Assembly (NCBI RefSeq): GCF_006345805.1
Contig: NC_042999.1
Location: forward strand, 68,696,001-68,760,000
Length of the DNA: 64,000 nt
Reading direction: 5' to 3'
Origin: Octopus sinensis
Lineage: Eukaryota
Below the pieces are notes generated by a model. It was not told the DNA's origin. It ran no database searches and saw only the letters and a program-made list of their open reading frames with translations. Of this stretch, positions 22,673 to 35,689 are shown in pieces (position 1 is the stretch's first letter; every line of letters begins with the position of its first letter). The position numbers and the translations under genes are program-made.

Positions 22673-24466
22673 GTACATATGTATGTGTATGTCTCTCTCT
22701 CTTTCTCTTTATATATCTATACATATATAATATAATATACATATTATATATATATATATATATATTTTCAAAGAAACTTGCAAACCAGATACAAAAACGA
22801 AGTATGTATATATATATATATATATTATATATATATATATATACTCAGCGAGAAAACAGATATATTTGTCAACCATTCAATAGTTCTTTCTGAGCAGAGA
22901 TGTGTTTCTAACAGGGCATTAGAAAGATTTGTCAATATAAATGCTTGTTGCTTCCCGTAATCGAATGGCGGCTTTATAAGAAAACTATTTGGCTATGTTA
23001 TGGCCGTTTATGTTGAAGCTCGTGTTGGCTATAATGTGGATTCATCACTGACGCTTCGATACACTTTGATGTATGGCAATAAACACCGCTCGCTCAGACA
23101 CATGTTCACACGTGCGCACACACGCGTACACACATACACACATACACACACACACTCACACACACACACACGCACACACACAAACAAGACACATGCACAC
23201 ACTCAAGTACATTCAAGTGGATGTTGCATAAACAGCCGCACATGTTTGTGTACGTAGAAGTAGCTACTGCTGCAAGTATGTGAGTAGGTGTGTGTGTATG
23301 TGTGTGTGCGTGTGTGCGTGTGTGTGTGTGTGTGTGTATATACATATATATTATATACAAACACACATGTATATGAAAATTCATGTGTGTAAGTGTATAA
23401 ATGCAAGCATATATGAATGCGAACATATGCATATATATAGATACGCATATACGTATACTGTAACGTGTATATTGTATATATACGTAAACATCCAACACAA
23501 CTTCACACTTATAGATGCACACAAGCACACATATTCATACAAATATATACATACATACGATTAATTCTTACAAACATACACTCATGCACTCATACGCACA
23601 CACATACATGTACATATACATATATGCATGTCTATACTATATACATATATATATATATATACATGTGATATACTTATACATATGATATCTATCTATATAT
23701 ATACACACACACACACACATATATATATGTATATATATGCACATACATACATATATGTACACACACATATGTACACACACGTATACACACATTTGTGTGA
23801 GTGTGGATGTGTATAATTCCGAAAGAAAACGACTCTCAGCTCTTTACTTTTATAATGAAGCATTTGAAGGTAATTCAGTGAATGACAGAGGGAGACAGAA
23901 AGAGAGGCAGTGAGTGAGTGAGAGTGAGAGTGTGTGTGTGAGAGAGGGAGAAAGATAGAGAGGGGGAGAGCTGCAAGCAGAAACCTCTTGAACAACATTA
24001 GATCTATTGGAGAGAGCATGACATTGGCGTTGAGATGTCATTTCTATGTGAATTCACATACGGACGCCATTTTACGAGATCACAGAAGTGTGAAATAGAA
24101 TGTTTCACGTTCCAACAAACTTTGATGCTTCTTCGATGTGGAGAAGGTATTCGTAAGGTAGCTTAATATCACCGGCGCCGGAAATGACCGTAGAAAGAGG
24201 GTCAACACCGAAGACTTAAAATGATTTAACTTGCTGTGAACAGTAATTTCCTTATGCTGTCAAAATTTATTTGCTGCCCTGACATTCTCTTACATAGAGA
24301 CACACTTACGTTAAAGATTTATACATATACAGAAACATTTTCTTCACCGCAAACACGTATTTTAATATACATATATGTATGCACACACACTTATAATGCA
24401 CGTATATATATAGGAATTATGAATATATATATATATATATATCTAACTATCTACCTATCTCTCTAA

Positions 24467-24543
<77 letters not shown>

Positions 24544-24556
24544 CTATATACATATA

Positions 24557-24595
<39 letters not shown>

Positions 24596-24706
24596 CTGCA
24601 TAGATATACATATATGTTAATATGTAGATTCTTACACAGAATTATATATGTATATATACATGTATGCATAATTACGTTTAAGGTAATATATATTCTATAT
24701 ATTATC

Positions 24707-24763
<57 letters not shown>

Positions 24764-25418
24764 CACACACAAATACGCATTTAGCTTCCTCGTGCGTGTG
24801 CGTGTGCGGTGTGTCTGTATGTATATTTATGTGCATTATTGCATGTGCATCTGTATGCGTTTGAGTGTGTGCACGAGCAACATGTGTATGAGTGTAGACG
24901 TTATTCTGTAGATTAATTTGCTTGTAGCACCACTTGAACAATAGAGAAAGAAATCTTTGCGTATGTTCTTGTTACATACGAATATATTTAATCGTCTTCA
25001 TACGTGTGAAAATCGTCCATATTCACATGTAAGTGCGTCTGCAAATTGCTCGTACGTGAGCTTATATGCATGAATATATTATGGCGGACACAAATTATCT
25101 GTGAAAATATGGCGAAAGAACGGAATACTCAGTCAACTAAGACAATACCTCGATGACTATTACTGACGATATTTCAATACAAACTTATTAAATGCCCCAT
25201 GTCTTTCCTCCTCTGTAATTCTCTCACATTCTCTTTGTGCGTGTGTGTGTGTGTGTGTGTGTGTCTGTGTGCGTGTGTGTGCATACATACCTGTTTCGCT
25301 GTGTATCTTTTATCATTCACAAATCCTTCTGTCTTTTTATTTCTATTCTTTCTTTCTCTCTCCCTTCCTCTATTCTCTCTCCCTTCTCTCTCCCTTCCAT
25401 GTATGTAGGTAGGTACGA

Positions 25419-25423
25419 ATGCA

Positions 25424-25488
<65 letters not shown>

Positions 25489-25542
25489 GTCTGTCTGTCT
25501 CTCTATGTCTATCTATCTATCTAACTATCTATCTATCTATCC

Positions 25543-25619
<77 letters not shown>

Positions 25620-25631
25620 CTTACCTACCTT

Positions 25632-25705
<74 letters not shown>

Positions 25706-25706
25706 C

Positions 25707-25751
<45 letters not shown>

Positions 25752-25774
25752 ACTATCTATCTATCCATCCATCC

Positions 25775-25861
<87 letters not shown>

Positions 25862-25880
25862 TATCTATCTATCTGTCTAT
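25419..25880. repeat. Long (CTAT)n array with (CTGT) and (TCAA) blocks
   Basis: Seen directly; the 436-aa ORF 25419-26729 is its translation. Confidence 0.97.
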
Positions 25881-26575
25881 CTATCTATCTATCTTCGTTT
25901 CTCCTTCCCCTGTCATTTACTAACCCTTTCTATCTTTCCGTTTTCATTATTCTCCCACTTCCTCCTCTTCTCTCTCCTACTCTTTGTTTCTCTCCCTCCA
26001 CTTGCCTCTCTCCTCACCTCCCCCTCTCTCTCACTGCGTCTGTATCTCCCCTCTCTTCTCCTTCCCCCTCTTCACTCTCTACATATTTCTCTACAATACG
26101 CATTCTATTCTTTCCCCATTTCTTTCCTTTCTCTCTTAATATCATTCACAATAAGAATACAATTTCATCTTCTCCCTCTGTCTTTCCTTCTTCCTTCCTT
26201 CTTTCTCCCTCGACTCCCTCTCTTTCGTGATCTTTCGCTCTCTCTCTCTCTCTCCGCTTGTCTCTTTCACACACACTGTCATTTGCTCTTTACATTTTCA
26301 GCCCCCTTCTTTATCATTTGCACTTTCTTTTCCTTTCTCACCTCCTCCCGCTTTCCCTCTATGATACACTCTCTTACTCTTTCTCACCTCCTCCCGCTCT
26401 ACACAGTTTGCATTTTAATTTTTCTTTCCTCCCTCGCTTCTTTATTCCTTCTCTCCATCCCCTCTCCGTCTCTTCTCGTCTCCTTCTCTATCATTCACAT
26501 TCTCTCATTCTTATTCCCCAGTCTCTCTCTCTCTCTCTCTCCTTCTCTCTCTCTCCTTCTCTCTCTCTCTCTCCT

Positions 26576-26608
<33 letters not shown>

Positions 26609-26610
26609 CT

Positions 26611-26660
<50 letters not shown>

Positions 26661-26729
26661 ACTCTCTCTAAGGGCAGAAACATTACAGCGATGGACAAAA
26701 TACTTTACGGTATTTCTTCAAGCTCTTGA

Positions 26730-26870
26730 AGATCTTAGTTCAAATCCCACCGCGGTCAACCTTGCCTTTTGTCCTTCCGAGGTCGATGAAATAAAGTATC
26801 AGTCAAGCATAAGATCCGATGGTATCGAATAACCGATTCGCCTCAGATTTTCTAGTTTTGATCCTAAACT
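26730..26870 (+). mobile_element. Degenerate SINE-A fragment
   Basis: AGTTCAAATCCCACCGCGGTCAACCTTGCC..CCTTCCGAGGTCGATG. Confidence 0.75.
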
Positions 26871-26908
26871 AGGAATCCTTTCCTTCTCACTTATTTCTTT
26901 CTGTATAC

Positions 26909-27505
26909 GGGCGCAGGTCTAGCTATGTGGTTAAGAATCTCGCTTTGCAACCACGTGGTTTCGGGTTCAGTCCCACTGCGCAGCACCTTAGTTTAGTGTT
27001 TTATCCGATAGATACGGGCCAACTAATGCCTTGTAAGCAAATTTGGTAGTGGGAAGCTGTGGGGATGCCCATCGTGCATATACGTATGTGTGTATGTATA
27101 CGTGCAAGTGAAGGCGCGTGGCCTAGTGGTTAAGCTGTTGCACTCATGATCACTAGATCGTAGGTTCGATTCCCTGACTGGGCGGCACGTTGTTTTCTTC
27201 AGCAAAACGCTTCATTTCACATTTGCAGGCTAAAACAACGAAAAAATGCATTGTGACCAGCGATGTGTAACAACATCCGATAGCCTGGTCGGTCGCGTGA
27301 TCACATGATGTGTGTTTGTGTTTTTGCGTGTATGTGTGCCTTTGTACCTGCGCTTGTCTTATCATCGTTTGACAAGCGGTGTTGGTTTGTTTACGTTTCT
27401 CTGAATTAACGGTTCGGCAAAAGAGCCTGATGCAATAAGATAATTACTGGAGTCAGAACAGTGCTCCAGCATGACCGCAGTCCAATAACTACAACAAGTA
27501 GATGA
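26909..27505 (+). mobile_element. SINE-B split at its internal microsatellite by another tRNA-SINE
   Basis: 5' half 26909-27085, 3' half 27330-27505. Confidence 0.8.
27112..27305 (+). mobile_element. tRNA-derived SINE (SINE-E-like head) nested in SINE-B
   Basis: A box TGGCCTAGTGG, B box GGTTCGATTCC, then GTTGT..TT.AGCAA.AC.CTT. Confidence 0.8.
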
Positions 27506-28519
27506 TAAAAGATATATTTTGCTTCCTTCATACGCTTCAATTGCTTATCGCCTTTTCTTTCTATCTCTCGTTCTGTTTCTCTTGTATTATTTCATTATCT
27601 CTTTTTCTCTCACACTCGCTTTCTTTCATTGTCTCTTACAGTGACTCTTTCATTCAAGAGAGTTATTTCTCTCTCTCTCTCTCTCTCCCTCCTTCTCCTA
27701 CTCTACCCCACCTCTCTCTCTCTCTCTCTGTTTTCCTTTCCCTATCTTTGCTCCTTTCAATTAAACTCTTCCTTTCTGAAATTTCACTGTCTGTCTGTCT
27801 CTGTCTCTCTCTCGCTCTCTCCCCCTCTGACTCGTTCCCTTCCGGCTTTGTTTTTTCTCCTTACACTGCTGCTCTCTTGTTCTCTCTCTTTCTCAATAAC
27901 TATCAACCTTTTTCTCCGCCTCCTCTCTTTTTGCTGTGTGTCTCTCACTATCGTTTTGTCTAGCTTTCTGTCTCGTTTTCCCTTCCTCGCTTTCACTTTC
28001 ATTTTCGTTTGCAAGCCTTCCTTACACACTTGTCTTTCCTTAAACATCTTTCTCATCCACTCCTTCTTTTATTCTTTTCTCCTTTCCCTCTTTTTCTTTC
28101 CTCCTCTTCCGTCCCCTTCGATCCCTCCTCCTTCCAGCTTTCTGTTCTTCTTTCCTTTTATTCTGTCCTTCCTTCTTACCGCTCACCTTTTTCTCCATAT
28201 CTATTCCTAGCTCTTCGTAGTTTTTCTCTTTCACGATGCATATTCTAGATTGCTTTGTTGCAACAATTTAAATCACACGACAGAACTTTCTAGAAATTTA
28301 GCATCAGTTCTTACACATCATTACAGAAGCTATCATAGTATTCGATATTGCAAGAAAATCAAGATTTTCCAAACACCGACTGAGCTTGGAGCAATTTCAC
28401 TCTAATCTACCGCAATATATTGACTTGTGGAACTAAAGGATTTCCAGAGCCCTATTTCAAGACCTGTTATTCTTCACTATTTCCATTTAAAGAATTCTAT
28501 AACGTATGATTACCTCTGT

Positions 28520-28830
28520 CTTTTACTTTTGCAGTTATTGGACTGCGGCCACGCTGGGGCACTGTCTTGAAGAGTTTAGTCGAATAAATCGACCCTAGAG
28601 CACACCTGGTGTTTAGTCTATCAGCTCTCCTTAGCTGAACTGCTAAGTTTCAGGGGATGTAAATTAGCCAAATCTGGTAGCCAAAGGGATGATGGGGTAT
28701 AAGCAACAAACACCAAAATACACACACACACACAATATAAATATATATGTATTCATGTGTGTATACATACACACACATATAAGCGATGGGCTTCCACACC
28801 ACTTCCCATCTATCAAATTCATTCACAAGA
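28520..28830 (-). mobile_element. Degenerate SINE-B
   Basis: GGACTGCGGCCACGCTGG..TAGTCGAATAAATCGACCC..GATGGGCTTCC. Confidence 0.75.
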
Positions 28831-29029
28831 ATGGTTCAGACGGACCACACGCTATCTCATTCCTACAAGAAATGAAGGTTGGTTGAAAGGGAGTTAACAG
28901 CCTCTAATCATCATGCATGCGTCTAGCGTGCTGCAAAGAAATACAAACAATCCAGAGACCGTGGTGGGCGTGGATGGAGTACTATGATATACAGCGTAGA
29001 ATGGTTTTAAAAAATATTACATTCAAACT

Positions 29030-29310
29030 GGGAAAACACGTAGCTTAGTGATCAGTGTATTTTGCACATGATTGGATTGTAATGTCGTGAGTTCGTTTCT
29101 CAGCGGCGCGTTGTGCCCTTAAGTAATTCACTTTATTTCTACTCCAGTCTACTCAGCTGGCAAAAATGAGTAGTTCCTGTATTTCAAAGAGCCCGCCTTG
29201 TCACATTCTGTGTCACGCTGAATCTCCCTGAGAACTCTGTTAAGGATACACGTGTCTGTGGAGTACTTGGCCACTTGCACGTTAATTTAACTAGCAGTGA
29301 GTGGGTACCA
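29030..29310 (+). mobile_element. SINE-E (tRNA/CORE-like head + SINE-D-type 3' body)
   Basis: CCAGTCTACTCAGCTGGCAAAAATGAG..CCTGTATTTCAAAG..GTGTCACGCTGAATCTCCCTGAGAAC..CACGTGTCTGTGGAGTAC. Confidence 0.85.
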
Positions 29311-29344
29311 CTTTCATCCAAACTGTTTAGAATTCAAATATATT

Positions 29345-29510
29345 CAAACTCCATCCATGGCTGTCAGGTTAAGAAGCACGCTTTCGAATCACGTGTTTTC
29401 AGGTTTAGTTCCACTCTGCGGTATCTTGAACAACCGTCTTCCACTATAGCCCCGGGCAATATCTTATGAGTGAATTTGGTATACGGAAACTGCATCAAAG
29501 CCAACTGTAT
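29345..29510 (+). mobile_element. SINE-B 5' half
   Basis: CCACTATAGCCCCGGG..GAGTGAATTTGGTA.ACGGAAACTG. Confidence 0.75.
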
Positions 29511-29683
29511 ACATACATATATAAACTATAAACATTATTACAGTAAAGTAGTGGTATTTTCTATACAATAGTATTATTTTCCAGCGTCATAAAGCACCAT
29601 AAAAGTAGAGTTATAAAACTGGTACATTGTTGTGCCACTATTTCCTATTTATATATATAATTATATACAAACACCTTTAAAAT

Positions 29684-30092
29684 TTTTTAATTGTTTCAGC
29701 TTCAAAGCTGCGGCCATGCTGGGACACTACCGTTGACTGTGCTACACCATTATTTGAAACCTCCTCTGATATGTGGAATTTAGTGAATGAGGGAGATTGA
29801 TGCCACTGCCCTCATCTGTGTTTCCTGCCGTGAGGTAGGCTCATCTGGAACCGTTGGCAGGAAAAGAACCAGTTTTGTTTTGAAGATACCTAAATTCACA
29901 CCATGCAGGTCTCTGAGGCATTTTCGAAGGATATTGAAGAGCTATGGGCCCTTGAAATCCTTCCTACTGCAGAGTCTGTTCCTGCATTTTGATGGAGATG
30001 CTTGGATCTTTGGCATTATGCATTGGCACCCCGTCCTGCTGTTTGTGGAACTTTCAATGTCAAAGTTTGTTACTGGTTGTCCAGTGGTGATG
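29684..30092 (-). mobile_element. CR1-like LINE 3' end (ORF2 C-terminus + 3' tail)
   Basis: Minus frame PVTNFDIESSTNSRTG..FKGP*LFNILRKCLRDLHGVNLGIFKTKLVLFLPTVPDEP; tail CCAGCATGGCCGCAGCTTTGAAGCTGAAACAA. Confidence 0.85.
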
Positions 30093-30284
30093 GGGTGGGG
30101 AACAAACACAAACTAAAAGACACACTCTCACACACACACATACATGTATATATATTATACACATACATACATGTACATATATATTCATATATATACATCC
30201 ATCCAAGGATTATATATATATACTCACACACACAGACACATATATATATATACATACATACACACACACACATGCACACGATGA

Positions 30285-30447
30285 GCTTCATTTAGTTAGT
30301 TTTCGTCCACAAAATTTACTCGTAAGGCTTTGCTCGGCTGGAGGCTATAGTAGAAGACACTTGCCCAAGGTGCCACGCAGAAGGACTGAACTCTGAACCC
30401 TGTAAGTGGGAAGCAAACTTCTTACAACACAGCCACGCCTGCGTCTA
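30285..30447 (-). mobile_element. SINE-B 5' half
   Basis: GGCTATAGTAGAAGACACTTGCCCAAGGTGCCACGCAG..CTTACAACACAGCCAC. Confidence 0.88.
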
Positions 30448-30520
30448 CATTTTATTCTGGCTGTGTTAAAGTTTGCGTAATGTTACTTTCAATGTACGAA
30501 AGGTAGTAAATAGAACTAGT

Positions 30521-30587
<67 letters not shown>

Positions 30588-31488
30588 ATATATATAGAGA
30601 GGAGAGAGAGAGAGAGAGAATACAGAAAAGAACCGACTGGTGTAACTTTGACCAGTGGCTGGTTTAAAAGAAACACACTATGGAAGAAGAAGGAAAGAAA
30701 TGGAGGTGTAAAACGATCGAAACTGAGAGAGATAGCGAGCGGTAGAGAATAAAAAGGCAAGGAAAGTACGGAAGACGAAACGGAGAAAAGAAGAAAAGAA
30801 ACAGAGGAAGAAAGACATTGAGATAGAGAATAAACGGAAAGAAATATACGGAAGAAGAAAAGGGAATAGATGGAAGAAAGGAAGATAGAAGTAAACAAAA
30901 CAACGAGATTAGAAAAGAAATGGAAAAGAAAAGAAGGGGTTTCGGAATTGATTCAATTAAATTTGGGTCTCTTTGGGGTAAGGTTAAAAGGCTGGAGGTA
31001 AAAATTGGCATTATGGAACTCCTTGTTATTATTCTGAATGTAGAATTTGAGGCGTTCAAAGCAACGAACTAGATCGCTGCCTTCCCTTTGTTAATTATTC
31101 ATGACCCACAAGGCTTGTTTTGCTTTGTTTTTTTTTTTTTTTTTTTTTTTTTTTCAGCAGCGAACCAAATTTGGAGGGGAGTTACCCCCAAATGTATTAT
31201 TGGTTGTGTAGTGTTTGAAAAAAAAAAAGAAAAGAAAGAAGAAAGAATTTACAAACGTGAACACATAATGGAATTTTTAGAGATTCTTCAGAATAGGGAG
31301 GCTGACTTATTGAAAACGAACACAAATAAGAGGATAATGATGGTGAAAACGAAGTATGAGTAAGACGATGACGACAACGATGATAAGGAGCAGTAGTGCT
31401 GAAGGAGAATGAAACTGGGCGATGGTATGGCATTGGTTCTTTTATCAATTTGATGGCGATGATATGAAAATGATGATAATGATGATAA

Positions 31489-31519
<31 letters not shown>

Positions 31520-31532
31520 AATAATAATAATA

Positions 31533-31569
<37 letters not shown>

Positions 31570-31570
<1 letters not shown>

Positions 31571-32064
31571 GCCCTGATGTAGTACCAGAAAGTGACTCTC
31601 ATGGCTTCTTATCTTAACTGATTGGGAGTGTGATCATGCACATTATTTTGTCTCGGTATAAAAGATGGGCTACACCAAATATTCTGCTCAATACCACCGA
31701 TTTGCTTGCTAGTTGCTTGACCATAACTAGTTGAGCATGTCCCTTAGTGATCACGAGCAGAGTTAGTGGGGGAGCATCAAAGCCATGTGTTGAGAGGGAT
31801 TCTTAGGGGTTTGAATAATTCACCTCTGTAAACATCGGTGTTTCGTTGAGCGAGATTGGTTACTCGACCAGAAGAAAATTCTAAGTGGGCCCCACCTGCA
31901 TGGTCATGTGCTGTTTATCTTGATATAAGATCACCATGTCGCGCACATATGGTTGTGATGCATGTGCCTGGTGTACCCTTATCAGACGGGTAGTTCTGAT
32001 GGGTATACTGAGGTTCGTATATTTTACCTCAGTGTCACTTTGATGGCATGCACCGCTCTCTTAC
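31570..32064. mobile_element. ~495-bp cassette embedded in an (AAT)n array
   Basis: Complex sequence with pure (AAT)n on both sides (31517-31569, 32065-32092); no ORF or pol III boxes recognised. Confidence 0.6.
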
Positions 32065-32092
32065 ATAATAATAATAATAATAATAATAATAA

Positions 32093-32480
32093 TCGTTTCT
32101 ACTATAGGCACAAGTATTGGATTTTGTGGGGGAGGGGACAGTCCATCATATCAACCCCAGTACTCAAATGGTACTTGATTTACCGACCCAGAAGTATGAA
32201 AGGTAAAGTCGACCTCGGCGGAATTTGAACTCAGAACGTAGCGGCAGACGAAATATCGCTAAGCATTTTGCTCGAAGTGCTAAAGATTCTGACAGCTTAC
32301 CGCCATATTAATGATAATAATAATCATCTCTTTTATAGGCACAAGGCCTGGAAGTTTGAGGAAAGGGACTAGTCGATTGCGTCGAGCACAGTGTTCCCCT
32401 GCTCCTTATTTTATCGACCCCTAAATGATGAGAAGCAAGGTTGTCTGGCGTACTGACGGTTTTTCCAGCCAGCCGCCTTA
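32093..32480 (-). mobile_element. Two adjacent SINE-A (beta tail) copies, the second degenerate
   Basis: 32093-32305 and 32327-32480 each begin with CT..TA.AGGCACAAG and are preceded by (AAT)n. Confidence 0.85.
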
Positions 32481-32731
32481 AAAGTATTAATGATAATAAT
32501 AATGACGATGATGATGATGATGATGATGATGATGATAAGAGTGTTGATAAGATGAATTTAAATAAAAAGTAATGGCAACAGTAAGCTTGAGAAGGAAGAG
32601 GAGAGGAAGGCATAGATGCGCGTGTGCGCTCCACATATTCACACTCACACAATTACACACAAATACACATATACGTGTGTATATATATGTATACATACAT
32701 ACATACATACATACATACATACACACACACA

Positions 32732-32772
<41 letters not shown>

Positions 32773-32972
32773 GTGTAACTTTATCCGTTTTTCCGTCCTT
32801 GTTATTGTATACATTCACTGCTTTCTTCCAAGGAATCTAACGCTCTTAGCTTAGCTTTTCGTTGGGGCTGGCCAGATTGGAGCAATCTCAAGAATAATCA
32901 GCCGAAATTGCGGGGATAATCTGGTGCTTCACTGAGGAAAAAAACTTCGAATGACCCATCTTTGTTTTCTTT

Positions 32973-33072
32973 NNNNNNNNNNNNNNNNNNNNNNNNNNNN
33001 NNNNNNNNNNNNNNNNNNNNNNNNNNNNNNNNNNNNNNNNNNNNNNNNNNNNNNNNNNNNNNNNNNNNNNNN
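32973..33072. other. Assembly gap (100 N)
   Basis: Seen directly; a round 100 N usually marks unknown size. Confidence 0.99.
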
Positions 33073-33908
33073 GGAATCTAGATGTTCACGGGAGAGTGAG
33101 GTGGCACCGATAATGTTGTCAATGTAACGACCATATAGTTCAGGAGTGGGACCAGTGAAATTAGAGAATATTTGGGCCTCAACATAGCCAACGAACAGGT
33201 TCGCATAGTTGGGGCCCATTCGCGTCCCATGGCCCACTCCCGAGACCTGATGGTAGAACTCGCCCGCGAACGAGAAGCAGTTCAGAGTAAGGACAAGTTC
33301 GGCCAGACGAATGAGTGTGGAGGTGTCAGGTACAGGGTTAGAGCGGAGGTCAAGAAAGTGTCGAAGGGCCTGCAGTCCTTCGTGGTGAGGGATAACAGTA
33401 TAGAGGCTTTGGATGTCCATAGTAAAAGGATTTTGGAGAGAGCCGGGAGGAAAGGAAGAAAGAGTTGAAAAGCGGAGAGCATGGTTGGTATCATGGATGT
33501 GGGAGGGAAGAGATGCCACTAGGGGGGCAAGGACACGGTCGAGGTATTTAGAGATGAGCTCCGTGGGGCAGTTACAGGCGGAGACGATGGGGCGGCCAGG
33601 GTTGTTGGGTTTGTGGATTTTGGGGAGGAAGTAAATGGTGGGGGTACGTGGGGTTCGCACAATTAGGTTGGATGCGGTGCGGGGGAGGACGGAGGACGAG
33701 ATGAGGTCGCGGACAGTAGAGGATACCGTCTGTTGGTAGCTACGTGTGGGGTTAGAGGGCAGAGGGAATAGAAGGAGGTGTCATTGAGTTGGCGGAAAGC
33801 CTCGGCCCTATAGAGGTCCGCGCGCCACACCACTACAGCTCCACCCTTGTCAGCCGGTTTGATGATAATGTCAGCGCGCCGTTGGAGGGAACGAAGAGCC
33901 AAGAGCTC
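33073..33908 (-). pseudogene. Penelope-like element reverse transcriptase (partial, cut by the gap)
   Basis: IKPADKGGAVVV, YFLPKIHKP..PGRPIVS, TMDIQSLYT, GTRMGPNYANLF, RYIDN (canonical RY(I/V)DD); one frameshift near 33745; upstream end abuts (TA)n at 33909. Confidence 0.93.
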
Positions 33909-33917
33909 ATATATATA

Positions 33918-33985
<68 letters not shown>

Positions 33986-33993
33986 CATACACA

Positions 33994-35252
33994 CAGGTGT
34001 TGGACAAAAAAATGGAAACACCTAGCATCAGAGCATCATAATTTTGAAATATATATAAAACCTTCAAAAGCTTTGTCTTTTTTTATTTATTATTAGTATG
34101 CTTAATATATTTTGCTAAAATTGCTGATTCTTTTCAGATATCATCAGAAAAGGGTAATTAGAATTCATTAAAATAACAGATCTATCGGACTTTCTAAGAG
34201 GTCAGATTGTTGGTGCTCGTATGGCAGGCGCTAGCGTAACAAAAACAGCCGAAATGTTTGCTGTATCAAAAAGTTCTGTCTCGAAAATAATGACAGCCTT
34301 TGAGAAAGAGGAAAAACCTCCTCGTCGAAACATTACTCTGGAAGAAAACTAAAACTTTCAGATAGGGACCGTCGGACTCTTACGCGAATTGGAAACAAAA
34401 GCACAGCTCCCAAAATTACTGCAGAGCTTAATGACCCTCACGAGAACCCAGTTTTACAAAAACTGTTCGCCGGGATCTGCACAAAGCCGGATTTCACGGG
34501 GTGGGGGCTGCAATCAGAAAACCGCTACTTTCAAAATCAAACGTTGCAAAGCGTTTAGAGTGGAGTAAAAAACCTACCTAATTTGTCCCTAGAGCTGTAG
34601 AAGAATGCTATTTTCTCGGACGAACCATCTTTTGCCTTATTTCTGACCACAGGCCGAGTAAACGTGTGGAGACAACCAAAAGTAGCATTTGATTCAGACT
34701 GCATTCTTCCAACTGTTAAACATGGAGGTGGATCTGTGATGATCTGGGGAGGGGCGGGGGTGGTATATCTTGAAAATCCGCCGGCCCAATGGTTTCCCTT
34801 GATGGCAGAATTAATAGTCAAGACTATTTAAGCATTTTATCTGATAAAATACATCCTATGGTTGCAGAACTGTTTCCGGAGGGAAACGCAATCTTTCAGG
34901 ATGATAATGAACCAATTCACACAGCTAAAGTTGATATTGAATGAAACATTCTAGTGAAGTTGAACATCTCATTTGGCCACCACAGTCCCAAATCTCAATA
35001 TTATTTAACATTTATGGTGCATTTTAGAAAAACAAATGAGGAGTCGATATCCTCCATCATCATCACTACAAGGACTGTAGCCTTTTTTAGCAGAAGAATG
35101 GACAAAAATTCCTTTGGAGACAATTCAAACTTTGTACGAGTCCATACCACGTAGAATTCAAGCTGTGATTACTGCCAAAGGCGGCCCTACCCCATATTAA
35201 AATGAATTTGTTTGAAATTTTATGTTGTTCCCATTATTTTGTCCAACCCCAG
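33994..35252 (+). mobile_element. Full-length (1259 bp) inactive Tc1-family DNA transposon
   Basis: ~29-bp TIRs CAGGTGTTGGACAAAAAAATGGAAACAC / GTTCCCATTATTTTGTCCAACCCCAG followed by TA; transposase remnants RGQIVGARMAG, FSDEP, VKHGGGSVMIWG, FQDDNEP, PNLNII*HLW (catalytic Glu codon now a stop). Confidence 0.93.
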
Positions 35253-35349
35253 TATATACATACATACAAGCATACATATATTCACATAGTGAATACATTC
35301 ACACGCACGCACACACACATACAAATATATATATATATATATATATATT

Positions 35350-35526
35350 ATATTGGTAAAAACGGTAAGATAACAAAAGAAAGAAAAAAGACCTCAATAT
35401 TATGTAAATAGAGGAAATTTATCTGTAAAATAATATGTGACAATAATTCAATAGCCAAGATATAAAACTCTGAGTTTCGGATACCGAGGTGGAAATCCAC
35501 AACACCATCTCTTCGGTTATCTGGCC
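35350..35526 (-). mobile_element. (TA)n-flanked short repeat with long hairpin followed by GAAAC (truncated hammerhead-like)
   Basis: Reverse complement GATA..GAG.TGG..CCA.CTC..TATC-C-GAAAC; (TA)n on both sides. Confidence 0.45.
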
Positions 35527-35645
35527 ATATATATATATATATATATATTGGTTCTGTACCAACCTGGATTATGAATTAAAGATCATCTACACCTACAATT
35601 TTTCCTTTCCTTATACTTCATATATATATATACACACACACACAA

Positions 35646-35680
<35 letters not shown>

Positions 35681-35689
35681 TATATATAA

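Noticed and set aside
25419-26729. Longest ORF (436 aa, hydrophobic, membrane-protein-like)
   Set aside because: Entirely (CTAT)n plus CT-rich low-complexity DNA
32770-32972. Sequence left of the gap as continuation of the Penelope ORF or as a mariner start (KQRWVIR)
   Set aside because: The in-frame read-through depends on an arbitrary 100-N gap; no PLE or mariner motifs follow
33073-33908. Contaminant origin of the GC-rich segment
   Set aside because: It is a eukaryotic retroelement RT joined directly to host-type (TA)n; not fully excluded because the other side is a gap
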